The notes under the pieces were generated by a model, which saw only the letters and a list, made by a program, of their open reading frames with translations, was not told the origin of the DNA and searched no databases. Below, piece by piece: positions 44,780 through 58,068 of a DNA stretch of 64,000 nt. This DNA comes from Elsinoe ampelina. Its lineage: Eukaryota. The translations under genes were made by a program, and so were the position numbers. The stretch is taken from assembly GCA_010093995.1 (NCBI GenBank), contig ML992504.1:372001-436000 (forward strand), written 5' to 3'. The stretch's first letter is position 1. Each line of letters begins with the position of its first letter.

Positions 44780-47700
44780 CTAGACATTCTCAAAGAAGAA
44801 CGTCGGCTGGCCCGGTACTGCGCCCTCGGCGTTCGGGGGCAGATCCTGGACCTTGTCACCCTGCTTGGCTCCACCCTGTCCTGCCAGACCGATGATCTCT
44901 CCGCTCTTTCCCCCGTCGTCGATACTGATCATCTCCACAACGACACACTTGTGCAGCGTCTTGAGAAGACCGGGACCCATCTCCCTCAGGATCTCCGCCT
45001 CATCGAACGCGAGTTTCCTCTCAAACACTTCCTCTTCCTTGGTCCCGCTCTCGAGCTGCTTCTTCAACACCTGCACGAACGGCATGGCTTTCTTGCTCTC
45101 CGCCTTCTCGATGCGCTTGCTGACTTCCTTCATCTCGAGGCTGAGGTTAACGCGGTCAAATTGCTCGCGGACAATGTCGATGTACTTCTCCTGCCAGGCG
45201 GGATACTTCTTGGCCATGAAGATGCGGAGACGCTTGTCCTTCTTTGGGTCGTAGGAGGTAGCTTTACCCTTCTGTTGGCGCTTGATCTGCTGGCCTTCGG
45301 CTTGGGTGATGAGGGTGGAGGTGTTGCGGACGTAGTCTCGGGCGGCAGTGAGGGCTGGGTCGGTGGCGGGGACGGACGGGAAGAGGGCGTTTTGGATGGT
45401 TTCTGGTTTCTTGAGCAGTTCGAGCCAGATGTACTCTGACCAGTGGGGGGCGATGACGGTGAGCATCAGGGCTTGCAACTCAATGTAGCGCTTGACGAGG
45501 GTCGCGTGCATGCCTATGCCGGCCGAAGTGGTTGCGGAGCGGTAGGCATCACGGGCGGCGGTGAAGTCGTAGAAGCCGGTCTTCAACGCGGCTTTGTAGG
45601 ATGTGCTAGGAATGGTTAGATAATCACCGTTGGAAGAACAAGGAGAAAACTTACGCCTCATAGCACTCCTCAGTCTCCTTGACTAGGGCATTGAGATCAT
45701 TCTCGAATACCTTGTCCCAGAAGACCATTTCACCAGTACGCTGCACCGCGTCCATGTACTTGACTTCTCCGCTATCTCTCATCTTTCCATACTCCTCTGC
45801 ATCCTTGACCAGCTTTGCATCGTTGACCATCTCCTCGCACCACTTCCTCAATTCGAAGAGCTTGAGAATACTGGCGTTCGCCACGCTCTCCTCGAAGTTG
45901 GCATCTTCCACTCCGTCACCTGCGTCTGCGAGGGCAACACGCGTAGCATCAGCGCCGAACTTGCTCGTAGCATCATGAAGAGTCAAGAAGTTTCCGGTCG
46001 ACTTGGACATCTTCTCTCCATTGAGCATCAGATGACCGTTGACGCGGATTGCTTGCGGCCAGTACTCTTTGGGGAAGATGGCAAGATGAACGTATAGGAA
46101 GAAGGTCAAGTGGTTCTGAATCAGATCCTTGCCAGAGATTCTGACGTCGAGAGGATACCAGTATTCGAACTCTCGGCGCATTTGCTGCAGGGTTGCTTCT
46201 TGGATTCCCGAAGGTATCCTTTCACTGCGGCAGAAGACGTAATCCCAGACCTCATCAGTCATCTGTTCTGGGCTGACATCCGCAGAACCTCGGGTCTTGC
46301 CGAAGATATCTCCGTGCAGGAGATGAGCGATTGTGTAGTACGACATGTAAATGGTACTGTCCGATAGAGACTCGACCAAGAACTGCTTGTCCCATGGCAA
46401 TTTCGAGCCAAGACCGTACGAGCGAGCGCAAGCCCATTGACCTAGCCAGTCGAGAGTTTGTTCGAAGGCGTTCTTTGCTTCAGCGGAAAAGGTGTTGAGT
46501 CCAGGATTCGTGACGTAGTCCAGAGCCGTCCCCTGCCACTCGGGATCGGCCTTACCATAGTTGAGATACCACTGGTCCAGATGCCCGGCAACACATTCGT
46601 CTGCCGAACGCGAGATGACCAGACCATCAGGCTCGGCGTAGTTGAATGCGTCGCCGGAATCGATCAAGGCTTGACGAACAAGCGGCTTGGCTTCCTCCAC
46701 TGACTTGCCCTTGAAATCGCCATAGATCATGGTTCCTTTGTAGAAGCCTTCCTTGTAGGCCAACTCCTTGGCTTCAGCCAGCTGCTTAGCGTCCTTTGGC
46801 GAGTTGATCTTCATCTTCTCTACGAGGAATTTGGCGGTCAGGTTGCCATACGACGGCGTCTCGATCAGAGGGATGATTTCGACATCAGCCCACTCCTTCT
46901 TGATTCCGTAGTACTCGGCCTTCTTCGTCAGGTCCATGATCGTTGCGTAGTCGTCCGGGCTGTCCGATGGAACGCATGTGACCACTCCAGTACCTTTTGA
47001 TGCCTTAACAGACTCCATAGGAAGAATGCGGATGCCATCCTTGTGCACTGAAAGAGGCGCATTCACCAGCGCACCGACCACATCTGATCCTTGAACATCA
47101 GCGACCTTGGGAAACACACCCCATTCAGGGAAAAGTCCTTGGTACGCCATGTTCCTCGCAGCTCGATTCGAGATGAAGTAGTACTCGTTGTCCTTGACGT
47201 GGTAGATGCCGTACTCCAGCTTCGGTCCCACGAAACAACAAGTCTGACCATACATGGTCTCGGGTCTCAAGGTAGCTGGGACAAAGTAGACATTTGCGCC
47301 CTCCGGGAGCTTGCCCTTCAGCTTCTGTGCTGCAGCCTCTGGCCACTCCTTGACCTTCAGCTTGATGGCTGTGTATTCCTGAACTCCGATGCCTTCACCA
47401 GTCTGTCTATCGTGGTCCATACAGGCCTGACCATCTTTTGGAGAGTAGACCGTGTATCTCTTTCCGAACTTGATCTTGCCCAGCTCCTTCAGGCGATTCA
47501 TCTGCCATCGTACGAAAGCGTCGTAGTACGGGTTCGCATCGGTTGTCACCATAGATCGCCTCCAATCAACTCGAGCGCCGAATCCAGTAAGATCTCTTTG
47601 ACAGAGAGGAGGGAAGTATTGTAGCCAGTGCTGAGGGTCCGCGAACTTGTGAATCTCCTCAACGGGCAAGCCGAGGGCCAGCATGATCTGGAACTGGTAG

Positions 47701-48314
47701 TTTAGCTTCACAGCTTTTGCAGCCGCCTTGCTCTTCTTTGCTGTAAACTTGGTTACATCCTCCTTGGTCGTCTCTTGAGTAGGCGCTGGTGTCGCAGTGT
47801 CCCCACTGACCTCCTCCACTGGACAGTTCTCAAAGTTCTTGCCAAATCGCTTGACCTCGTCGACAAGCTTATCTGCACAAGCTTTGATAGGCATACCGGT
47901 GCAGTGATATCCTTGTGGGAAGAGAGCTCGCTTGCCCCTCATCCTTGCCCAGCCAGTACCGAACTCAACTTTGGAGGCTGTGAAGGAGTGCCCGGCGTGG
48001 AGGACACCATTCATGTAAGGGTAAGCCATGGTCGCCATGTACTTCGGATGCTTCTTCCGAAGCTCGTCGGCAGAAATCTGGTCGTAGGGAACATCGGAGA
48101 GGGAGGGGGCATTCTGCTCGAAGACCTTTGCCTTTTGCCATTCTGCCTGGTACTTCTTCTCAGTCGCTATGAGGGTGTCTCTCTTATCCGTCTATGCTTT
48201 CGTCAGTACAGCCCGACTGCATAGAGGCGAAAGATTCACATTCTCAATCTTCAAAGTATTCTTTGAGCTGTTACTCGGATCCAGAGCATCCTTTGTTGCC
48301 TGGACGGCTGCCAT
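44780..48314 (-). CDS. CDC60: Cytosolic leucyl-tRNA synthetase
   Basis: YPYMNGVLHAGH (HIGH), TLRPET and GTGVV editing motifs, KMSKS; canonical introns near 48239-48192 and 45654-45607. Confidence 0.96.
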
Positions 48315-48389
48315 GGTTGCGGTAGAGGAATTGAATTGGCGCAGACCACGCAGCCGCACAAGACGTGCGAGGGAGGAATTCAGTATGTT

Positions 48390-48396
48390 TGAGTCA
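48390..48396. promoter_or_regulatory. Gcn4/CpcA cross-pathway control element upstream of LeuRS
   Basis: TGAGTCA 76 bp upstream of the LeuRS ATG with a near match TGAATCA at 48413-48419; aminoacyl-tRNA synthetase genes are established Gcn4/Cpc1 targets. Confidence 0.55.
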
Positions 48397-48622
48397 GCGT
48401 GTACAACAAGTGTGAATCACAAATGCTTCTGTAGGGTCATAGTGCTGTTCCCCAGGAATTTTGAACTGCACATCGGACCTCGAAAAGCATGCTAGTCCTG
48501 AAAGGGGATAGTGCCCAAGTGAGACGAGTGGACCAATTGCTGGGACGCCCTGTCACTACGCTACGCCCTGTCAGTACGCCCAACCTACCGCCCAACTATT
48601 CGTCAGTCCATTTATTCACGAT

Positions 48623-49210
48623 GTGGATTGGAAATCGACATCGCGGGGTCGCGGAATTGTCCATGCAGCAATGCAGTTCCAGGGCTTGGACGAGGCTGGT
48701 CAATCGAGTGGCGACCTGTTCCTACCAGACTCCCCAGCTTGGTTGGAGGAAGGCAGTCAATCTCGAGGTTATGACGCTCAGCAACAGGTGATGACTACCA
48801 CAACTTGGCCGAACAAATGGACGGGGACCACGGCATCTGACACAAGTGCTCATTTGACTTCTATCAACCCGTCTGCCCATCCGCTGCAGTCGTCTTATGA
48901 ACCGTCTTGGTGGTCTCCTGTGACCTCACGCGCCCTCGATGGATCTTCTGTCCCTGTTCCTGGGGTATCTCTTAGTGCTCCAAAGACTCTTCCGCGCCGT
49001 AGGAGCAAGTACACGCTACGAAGGTCTCAAAGTGGCAGAGCAGTAGCAATTCCCAAAGCGCAAACGAGCCGGGATGACCAGCAACCACTTCCGATGCAGC
49101 GCTGGAGAGTCCCAACATGGACGAGGAAACGACCTCACTCGCTATGCTTGGGAAGAGGCGGTCAAGGTAGGGATCCATCCATATCATTCCGTCTTCAAAG
49201 CTTTCTCTGA
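48623..49210 (+). pseudogene. Probable truncated/frameshifted transcription factor remnant
   Basis: LPRRRSKY..PLPMQRW continues after a frameshift as ESPNMDEETTSLAM, resembling an RW.ESPPEDE.AS motif recalled from fungal homeobox/C2H2 factors; no DNA-binding domain follows. Confidence 0.3.
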
Positions 49211-49545
49211 GACATCACAGGCGAGGTAGACACGATGTCTGGACTTCAGTATTCGATTATGATGATCGAATGTATCGAAGTGTATGCGAGAGAAGGCCCA
49301 AGGAGAAGCATCACATATCCGATGTCGGAACTCATTGGACTGATCGAATACTGGATATGTTCCATCTCAACTACGGCGGACGACCGGATGAGCGTGCAGA
49401 CTAGTGAGAATGTTTAGTGAAGCTACTGGCTATGGCTGACTAGTACAGCGAGACGGACTGGGAACAGAGCTCGATCAGCTCGATCTTTCGTTCTATTTTT
49501 CTTGACATACACGCATCGGCTTCTCAGACCCTTCGATCGATCACC

Positions 49546-51052
49546 TTGGACTGGGAACTGTTCACTGCCGATACGGAGGACTTGCGCTGCACTGCCATGA
49601 CTTCCATGTGGATGCAACTCTTGTTTCCTCGGTTCTTTTCTCTGGTATTCCCACGTTTGGCGTCTTTCCACATCAAGAACTCACTCGCTTTGGAGAATCG
49701 CTCAGTGCAGCAGCTGTTTCTCCTAGATCACTGCTCGGAGCGACGTCCACCTCCAGACATCGCCACTGCCTCAGAGCATCCGCTCGTCTATCCACGATGC
49801 AATCTTCCCGGAGATATGTGTCTCAATTTCCTCGAAAGGAAGGCATCCCGGTCTTACCGAGTTGACTTGGCCAGCGGACAGACTGTACAAAACGGGGTCA
49901 GAGAGCTCGTCCAAGGAGCGTCAGATGGAGTTGGTCAAGAGGTTGGGTACCAAGTTGAAGGAGCTGCACCTGGATCGTGCGTAATGTCACGACTGGCTAT
50001 ATCAGGACGAAGACCGTACATTACCCCCGCAGCTGCCGTTGGGCTTCGAATGCTGACATGGTTCAGATTATATAGGTAGCCTGCGGCAACTCGTTCAGAA
50101 CTTCCTACCAGAGATGATTTCCGTCCGATCGCTCAAGCTTGGAGGTGGTCTGTCCCGCAGTCAGATGAGGGATATGCTCCGAGCGTGCCGGAATTGTCCG
50201 TTGCAGGGACTGTTGCTAAATTGCAAGGTCTGGCCTGGCGGATATGCCTCCGAGTGGAGTGATATTTCCTCTCGGCGAGCAGAATATACCTCTGCGGGCT
50301 GGACATCGATACTTCGAGGAGCACATCCTCATTTCTTCAATGACACAGTCCATCACAGTGACGAGGATGTGCTGAGCGGAATCAACGACCAGCTTATCAA
50401 CTCCTCGGATACATCAGCAGATCACGACCATACTCAACAAGACCACCCCAAAGAGGCCATCCTCAATGTCATCGCCAGACACTACGCCGATACAATCGAA
50501 CACATTTCCCTACTGGGCTACATCGGCTGCCCCATGCTCAAATTCCACGAGCACGCCGTCGACGAGCTCTTCATCACACCGCTGAAACACCCTCATCAAC
50601 TCCGCACCTTTGAGACCGCCGTCTGCTGGAACCAACATGCATTGGAGCAGTTCGAGATGCGCTCATCGATACAGTGGGCCGGTCTTCTAGCTTATCTCGA
50701 GAACGACCCTTACGGACCGGAGAATGGCCCTTGGAAGTCCTGCGGCCCGGTCAGAGATGGTGGACTCCAGATCGCGCATCGATACGCGGTGGATGTGTTT
50801 GACAAGTTCGCGAGGCATCTGAGTCCGCAGGCGAAGCGAAGGACGGGAGGTGTTTGCTTAAGGGCCGTCATCGTGACGGGTGACGTGGATCTGGTATTTG
50901 AGGTCTACATTGGGGTAGATGGAGAGGGAAAGGATAAGCTGTTGAGGCATACACCATTCAGACGTTGGCGGGATAAGGATGGCGTCTTTGAGATGTTGAA
51001 ACGGGCGAGGGACATGCAGTCTATGCAGGTATTCAGCCGGGGCGGATGGTGA
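49546..51052 (+). CDS. Hypothetical LRR-like protein; 3' exon intact, 5' part apparently frameshifted
   Basis: 312-aa ORF 50114-51052 extends to an acceptor at 50068 (GCTGAC..CAG). Upstream GLTELTWP..LKELHLD is in a different frame from ORF 49546. Confidence 0.4.
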
Positions 51053-51713
51053 CGATGTGCGCAGCAGAGAAGGTCTGCGTTTGGAAGTGTTCGCATTGCA
51101 CAAGTCAGCGCTGGCGTTGGAGGGCAGTACTGGGACGAGGAACAGACTCTGTCTCATCGCGATCGTGTATCATTAGTGTATATATTTTTAGAAGCTGGGC
51201 CGCAGAAGCCAGTAGCCACATTGCTGCATTGTCGTAGCCTGATTTTAAGGAGTCATGTCTGAGCAGCGAGCCATCCGTCATCAGACCTTTTGTCCCCGAG
51301 GCATGTGTTATCTGCTGTGAGACCATCTCTGTCGTCCAAAAAGGTGGGATTCTGCATTACAAGACTCCACACGCCATTGAAAGTGCACCGAGATAGCACC
51401 GTCCCCATCGCCAAATGACTCCGAAAATGAGCCAACACTTCATCAGCGCATAATGCAGTGCTTCAGGCTTCTCAACAGCCCATGATACAGATGCACCTCT
51501 CAATTTCATCCCCGGTTACCAAGCAAACTCCTCGCCGCAATGAACCCACCAACACCACCTTCCCTCCTCCAGCAAACGCGACCTCATCTCCGCCCCGTCT
51601 CCACCACTCTCCGCCACTCTCCGCCACACTCCGCAACACCCCTCCTCAACCCAGCGTCCTCTCCGGCCCTCTCCCGTCCCAGACAAAGTCGCCAGCAACG
51701 AACCAATCCCCCC

Positions 51714-52073
51714 TCAAAACCTCCAAGCAGACATGACAAGCATAATCCAGACCGCGTAAAGGAACATGCACACCACCGGCACCCCGACGAGGAAGCACAG
51801 CCACTTCGCCACCGCCCGATGGAAACCCGGCGGTGCGACGACGATACGTCCGTACCCCGGCCGTGGAGGGGTGGAGCTTGCGGATCCAGCTGGGGAGGAG
51901 GAAGTGGTGGCAGGGATGTCGGAGGTAGCGCGGTCGTTGAATGACAGGGTGGATTTCGAGGACGGGTCGGAGTCAGTGGCGGAGGGAGATGGTTTGTAGG
52001 AGGGGGAGTTGTGCAGGGGGAGAGCGATCGGTGCTTCCCGGGGTTGGAGGAGGGAGGAGAGGGCGATGCCCAT
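51714..52073 (-). CDS. Small protein with C-terminal transmembrane segment (119 aa)
   Basis: ATG in AAAATG context, Ser/Pro-rich linker, hydrophobic WLCFLVGVPVVCMFLYAVWIMLV tail. Confidence 0.55.
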   Translation of the reverse strand: MGIALSSLLQPREAPIALPLHNSPSYKPSPSATDSDPSSKSTLSFNDRATSDIPATTSSSPAGSASSTPPRPGYGRIVVAPPGFHRAVAKWLCFLVGVPVVCMFLYAVWIMLVMSAWRF

Positions 52074-52565
52074 TTTGCTGTGGTTGGCGGGGGAGATCTA
52101 TAAGGGAGAGACAGGGCGAGGGGCGACCGGATAGGTGGCGGTGGGTCGGGTGCGGAAGTTTAGGGGTGGGAAGCGGACGTCGGGGTCCTGATTTGTAGAA
52201 GTAGGGGTGGTTGTGATAGTGGTGGTAGAGGTGGTGGTAAGGTCCAAAGCGAGGGTAAGGTGCTCGTCGAAGCGCTGCTCGGAAACGAATGTGTGTGAGG
52301 TATAGTACAGCGATGTCCTCAAGAGTGTCGACGGCGAAGTAGCAGGCACGCTGACGCCTTTATGAGGCGCGCAGATTGAACGAGGTCAATGCATACGGCA
52401 GGAAGGTGTTGGTGGTGTTGCATGACTCGCGGCGCAGCTCAGAAAATACGCTAGGCTATTTTTGGCTTGCTGTCGAACTCCACTTCGCCGACATCAGCAC
52501 CACCATCGTCAACTTCATGTCTCTACTATCACGATCCTGTAGCATATAAGCCGCAGAAACACGAT

Positions 52566-53163
52566 ATGTTCCCGTCAACGATCAGGAGATTCACCACCTC
52601 AGCCCCCCGATGGATAGACGCCTTCTCAAATCCGTACAAGGCCAAGAGGACGTGGCCTCCAGACTTTGAGAAACTGAGCCAGAAGCACCAGTTCCAGCTT
52701 GAGCGGAGGTATCGGCGGCGGACGAAGCTGAAGTGGGCGAGGCCTGGGTGGACTAAATTCACGAAGCTGGCGCAATGGGGCACGATCTCTTGTAGGTTGA
52801 GAATGTTTCTTTTGAGGATGACGGTATTGTTGTGCTGGCGTGGCTTGGGGAGGAGACATGGCCACAAGTGGAGACTCGGATGTGCGAGATTGGGGGGGAA
52901 TAGACAAACGCATTGAATAGAAGGGCTAGAAGTGGGCAGTCTGCTGACAGAAGCAGTCACGTTAGTCTATGCGGTCTTGTTCTTGAACTGGGGCGGAAAT
53001 GCGGTTGCGTTCGATCGGGTAAGAGGGCTTTCCTTGCCGGAAGGGTGTTACTGATCCAGAGTAGATACGTGACTGGTACGCCGGACTCCAGAACGATGTC
53101 TGGACGGAACGGCGGAGTGAGATTGATGGTGCGAGTCCAAAGTCTGAGTCGGCAAAGTCGTGA
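52566..53163 (+). CDS. Probable small mitochondrial membrane protein
   Basis: MFPSTIRRFTTS presequence and NPYKAKRTWPPDF..QFQLERRYRRRTKLKWARP; two canonical introns; one hydrophobic helix; TGA at 53161-53163. Confidence 0.7.
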
Positions 53164-53835
53164 GGCATGCAGAGAATGCGATGTATGATTGTGGAGCACG
53201 CCGGGTGTGCTTTCGACGGTCTACATCTGACGGATCAATGTCAATGCAGCGTCCAGTTCTCGGAATTGACACGCTCAGGCCGGACTACTGAGACAAGGTT
53301 CAGAGCTCCAGTTCGGACATTAGGCATGAAGGAGAACAACAATGTCTCCGACTGTGGGCCAGTGGGGATTGTCCTGTGCATCGTATTACGTCAGATCAAT
53401 TCGAAAGCAGTACCAGGAATCCAAGCAATGATCGCCCGAAATTATCAGGATACCAATGATCCACTGCAGGCTGAAGCTGCAACAGGACTCCACGGGATCA
53501 ACAGGTGGTACGGTGAAGGCGGAAAGACTCTGTATATAATCTAGGCTTCCGCGTAATGTATCTAGCCATCTCAACTCTGACATTACCAGTAGCCGTACAA
53601 AACGCCAGGGATATCTCGAATGACACAAATTCCGCCCATATGAACAAGACCGACAGCCTCCGATACGCAAAGCAGGCCCTGTCCAGTCCTGTCGGCGCCA
53701 AACGTAATCTCCATCCCGTCCCTCCCAATTTAGAATGCTTTTTGGGATCCCGTGCCACTCCCTCTGTCCATAAGTCCCATGCAATGCTCAACCCCCCCAA
53801 AAGAAAGACATAATCATACAGCCCCCTTCGCGTCC

Positions 53836-55351
53836 CTACCGCCCATACCCCCTCGGCGGACTATACCTCCCACCCCCATGACTTCCCCCCCTTCTATCAT
53901 CCTCAAACTCATGCGGCGGGAACAGCCCCCTCTCACTCCCAGTATCGCTCCCCTCCTCTTTACTACTCCCCGCCTCGACATACGGACTATCCATCCGGCC
54001 CCTATGCTCCACCTCCTGCTCCACGACCGTCACGACGTCGATCTTGCCGTCTTCGGGGGAGTGGAGACTCCCGTTGGCCGAGCCGAAGGTTTTGAGCTCC
54101 GTGTCCTCGCGACGACGCCCGCCTACCCCGCCGAAATTCTGGCTGCGGCTCCGGCCCAGCGGTTGCTTCGCCGTGATGGTCGTCTGGTATGTCCCCACTG
54201 CTGCGTTGCCGAAGTGTTCGCCGCGAGACTTGCCGCCGACACGGGAGCCGAGGGCGCTGTGTTGCCCGTATGCGGAGCGGGTGTTGGCGTTGGTCGAGGC
54301 GAAGTAGCCGTTGGGTCCGCCGGTGCCGCCCGTGGGGTGGCCGGAGCGGTTGTTGCTGGTGCCGAGGGAGGAGAAGAGGCGGGGGAAGAAGCGGGTTACG
54401 GTGGCTTTGAGGCTGGGGAGGCAGGCGCAGATGATGCCGACGTCGATTTCGATGGCGGACCAGGTGGAGGCGGTGACGTTGTAGTAGGCGATGTCGGAGT
54501 AGCGGGCGACTTCTTGGAGGTTTTTGATGCGGATGAAGGAGATGATGCAGACGCTTGGGAGGGGTTAGATGGGGAGGACGGAAGGGGGACGGGGGACGTA
54601 CAAGCCACCGAGGGCGAAAACGACCATGAGTGCTAGGCGCTGCTTGAATGGCATGTTGAGGCCTTTGAGGACTGGCATCGGGAGGATGATGATGAGGAGA
54701 TCGGTAACGACGTTCAGGCCCTGGAATAAGATGAGCAACAAGCAGAATGCACATAGACCTTTGTGCTTACAGCGTTAAAGTACCAGGTCACTGCATGCGG
54801 TTGGCATTTCCCAGTGACATTGGCATCCCAGAATGACCGTACAGGTACGCAGGCGAAGATGGAGCCAAAGATTGTCCACACCGATGCAATGCCGACAAAG
54901 ATGAAGACACCGAATGTAGTCTTACGAAACCATGGTTGTGTGAAGATGCGCAGATACTGTAGAAGCAGCGCAGACTTGGTGAAGAACAAGGCCAGATGAT
55001 AGATCCAGATAGAACTCCAGAAGGCCTTCATCAGCATCATGAGGTCCTCGGGAAGGAGTGAATTCTGGCGGAGTCCAAGTCCGAAGGAGACCTCTGAACC
55101 CGATTAGCTAGACCGGTCATGCAATCGATTGAGCAGAGCGTACGGAAGCTAATAGCAATTGTTACGCCAAGGGCGAATACCCATGCTACCACGATACTAA
55201 TATCGTCCAGACCTGGGTTCCTGACGATGAAGCATCTTGTAACCACCCGAAGGACAACGCAGAGCAATGCCAGAGCAGCAAATGCGATTGTTGTATGTTG
55301 AGCCTTCTCACCCCTCGGGTTGCTCTGTGCCGCAGCGCCTTGCGCGCTCAT
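53836..55351 (-). CDS. PTH11-like integral membrane protein (fungal rhodopsin-like domain, no CFEM)
   Basis: LRVVTR..GLDD, TKSALLLQYLRIF, ACVPVRSFWD, NVVTDLLIIILPMP, WSAIEIDVGIICACLP; three canonical introns. Confidence 0.9.
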
Positions 55352-58068
55352 CTTTGCTTGATACCAGTCCTTGGAAAGAAGGTCAACGTATGTCGAGGGC
55401 GAGGCAGGGAATGCTATCAAACAAGTAGAGTTTCGAGTGGAGAGGCGACGGGGCGGTAGAAGGATTTTACAGGGACGGTGAAAGGGAGAGGAGGGTAGGG
55501 AGTAGTACAGCGAACCATGAAACGAAAGAAAGGTGCAGATTGCCAGTAGTGGTGGGTAGGGGATTGAAGGAACTAGTTCCGAGCGCCTTGACGAGACACT
55601 AGGAACAAAAGTCTGGGAGGGAAGTTTGAGGCGTAGGAGAAAAAGACAGGTAAAGATCTACATCAAGACGTGGCCGGGTGGTAGGGAAACAGAGTTGATG
55701 AGGTGAAGGAGGGTGGTCCACAAGTTCTGTCCCATCGCTTGAAAGGAGCTTAGCCCGGGTCCCTCGATCCTCTCTGGATCCATCGCTGTGCCACTTTGTA
55801 ATATCTTTGGTTTGGGTCGGCTCTGAATCGACGGTGGAATTGGGCCTGGACAACCATGCGTGTCAGGATTCAGTTGCGAGATTACCCTACATTTGCAGGT
55901 ATGTATAGAGAGTGGTAGCCTATTCTGGGAACATGGTGCAGACGTGTTTTGACGTGGTGGGTGGAGGTCAAGAGGAGGCAAAGTCAAACAGCCGATCGAC
56001 TAGGGTTCGGGAGTCGGGATGTGCATGGCTCCAGTCGCTGATCACTGCAGGAGAAGCCGGAGCCTTTCATCAATCAACGTACGGATGATTGTCGGATTAT
56101 CCTAGACCTGAACAAGGCCGCTGGGCCGAAGTGCAGATTCGACCGCCGCATCATTCCGTCCAATGTGGTCTGTCAGGACGCCTTGCCCAGACGATATTCA
56201 TCTATTTCGTCTCCACTCTTCGCAGCTGATTGACCCCACGATTGGGCACCCAAGGTTGTGTCTCTCACAAGACTCGGCGAACAGTTTTTATGCCGGCCCG
56301 GGGGGGCCCGGAAGAAGTGGGCCGGACGCCAGATCTCAGAGCGAGTCGCGTCCCGCTTGTGGTACCTCAACTACTCCGTAGAATTTCCGCGACCACGGAA
56401 TGAGATTGTAGTCAAAGCGGCCACGCGCAACTCTGGTCGACCCTCCATGATGCAGGACGAACGGACCAAGTACCTGCATAAAAAAGTGACTGGCCTTTGA
56501 ACACACCCCGTCTTTTCTCTGGTTGTCTGATGGATTGTCAGGCAACCCAGACTGTGGAGGGATAATATTTCACCACGAATGAACCGCATCATGGGGCCGG
56601 TTGGGCTGTCTTGCTCGAGACATTTTGCGGCCCTTCTACAGAGCCACAAAAGCTAGAACTATTGAAAAGGCCAAAGGATTTCTGGCGGCGCAGTCCCACC
56701 GGCACAGACCAGATCAGAATCCTTCACCACGCGGAAGCTACAGTAGTGCATTCCCTTGCCGGTGCTTTACGACTGGCTTTGCTTGTCCTCATCTACTTTC
56801 TCATTAGTTTTTGTAAAGTGGATGACATGGGATGTGGGGAGCTCAACGTAAATCCAGCGGGGGTGGAAATAGCAGGTCGCTCCTTCATTGGCCTAACCGA
56901 GACGGTGTGCCAATGTCAAACTTGCTCGGACACCATTACGTGACGCATGAGATGAAGAGGCGCCCACAATGAAAGGCAGCATAATTACCAATGCAGCCCT
57001 GCCGAGGCTGCTCTCACAGTCGACCGTTGACGTTTCATGCTCAAGCGTGTTCGAACTTGTCTTCGCCTCTGACCAGCCACATACTATTTTGGACTGGTCT
57101 CGAATTGCGTTGACGAACCAGTGGATCCCGAGAGTCTCATCCGTTCCGTGATAGCTGCTCCCCTCTGATATAGACATACGGGAGGCGTAGACTCCGAGTT
57201 GGGCGACATCTCAGACACGGCTGGTAGTTCGCGATGTGGCGTATGAACTATGAACATCTCTGGAAAGCGACAAAGGTACAAGACATGACCAAGACCTTTT
57301 AGTGAAAAGCAAAGAGATGATGCCCGACGACTCTCCACATTTCACTAGAGCAGGGGAAGGAGCTTGTCTGTGGGTGGTGGCTGACATGGTTAGGGCTGGC
57401 CATACGCGGTGGGGCTATCATGATCGATCAGGTTTCTTGTCATAGGACTTGCTTATTAGCAGCAACGACACACCGTTAGTGCAAGGTGCAATAGTATCAT
57501 TAACAAAGTACCCGGACATCTCGAGAACAGCACTTTTTATCGATCGGAGGTGTACCACCGGGCCAAGATTTCGCTGGTCAAAGCCAGACGTTGTCACGAC
57601 AGTCACTTGTAAATACACTGGCATGGCTTACATTCGGCTCAAAGTCTCTCCGACTGTTCCCAAAGACTTGTCGCTGTGCTCAGCTGGACTGGTCATTGCG
57701 AGAAGGACAACATGCGTACGAATGACGAGCACGTGACTGCCAAGCTTTGACCCGGCAAAGTGCGGGGAAAGGTGAAAAGGCTTCAGCCAGGCGACAAGAT
57801 CTTCTTCTTCCTTCATTATTATGAAAGTTGACACCCAGACAATTTGGCTGCTCGTCTCTCCGATAGGCGATGAAGCTGTATTAGCTGGGGAGAAGGAAGA
57901 TCCCCGATCAAGAAGCGTGGCTCGCATCCTCCATCGACCTCGACTCCCGTTACGGTGACACACCCACTGCCATCCTGCCATTGCATCACCCACAAGTCAC
58001 ATCAGACACGATGCGCTAAGTCAGTGACCTGGTCTCGTGCGGTCCAGGTCACTCGACCACCCGCGATC

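Noticed and set aside
55400..58000. Long intergenic region scanned for tRNA, ncRNA or transposon remnants
   Set aside because: No cloverleaf, terminal repeats or credible ORF found; probably shared promoter sequence.
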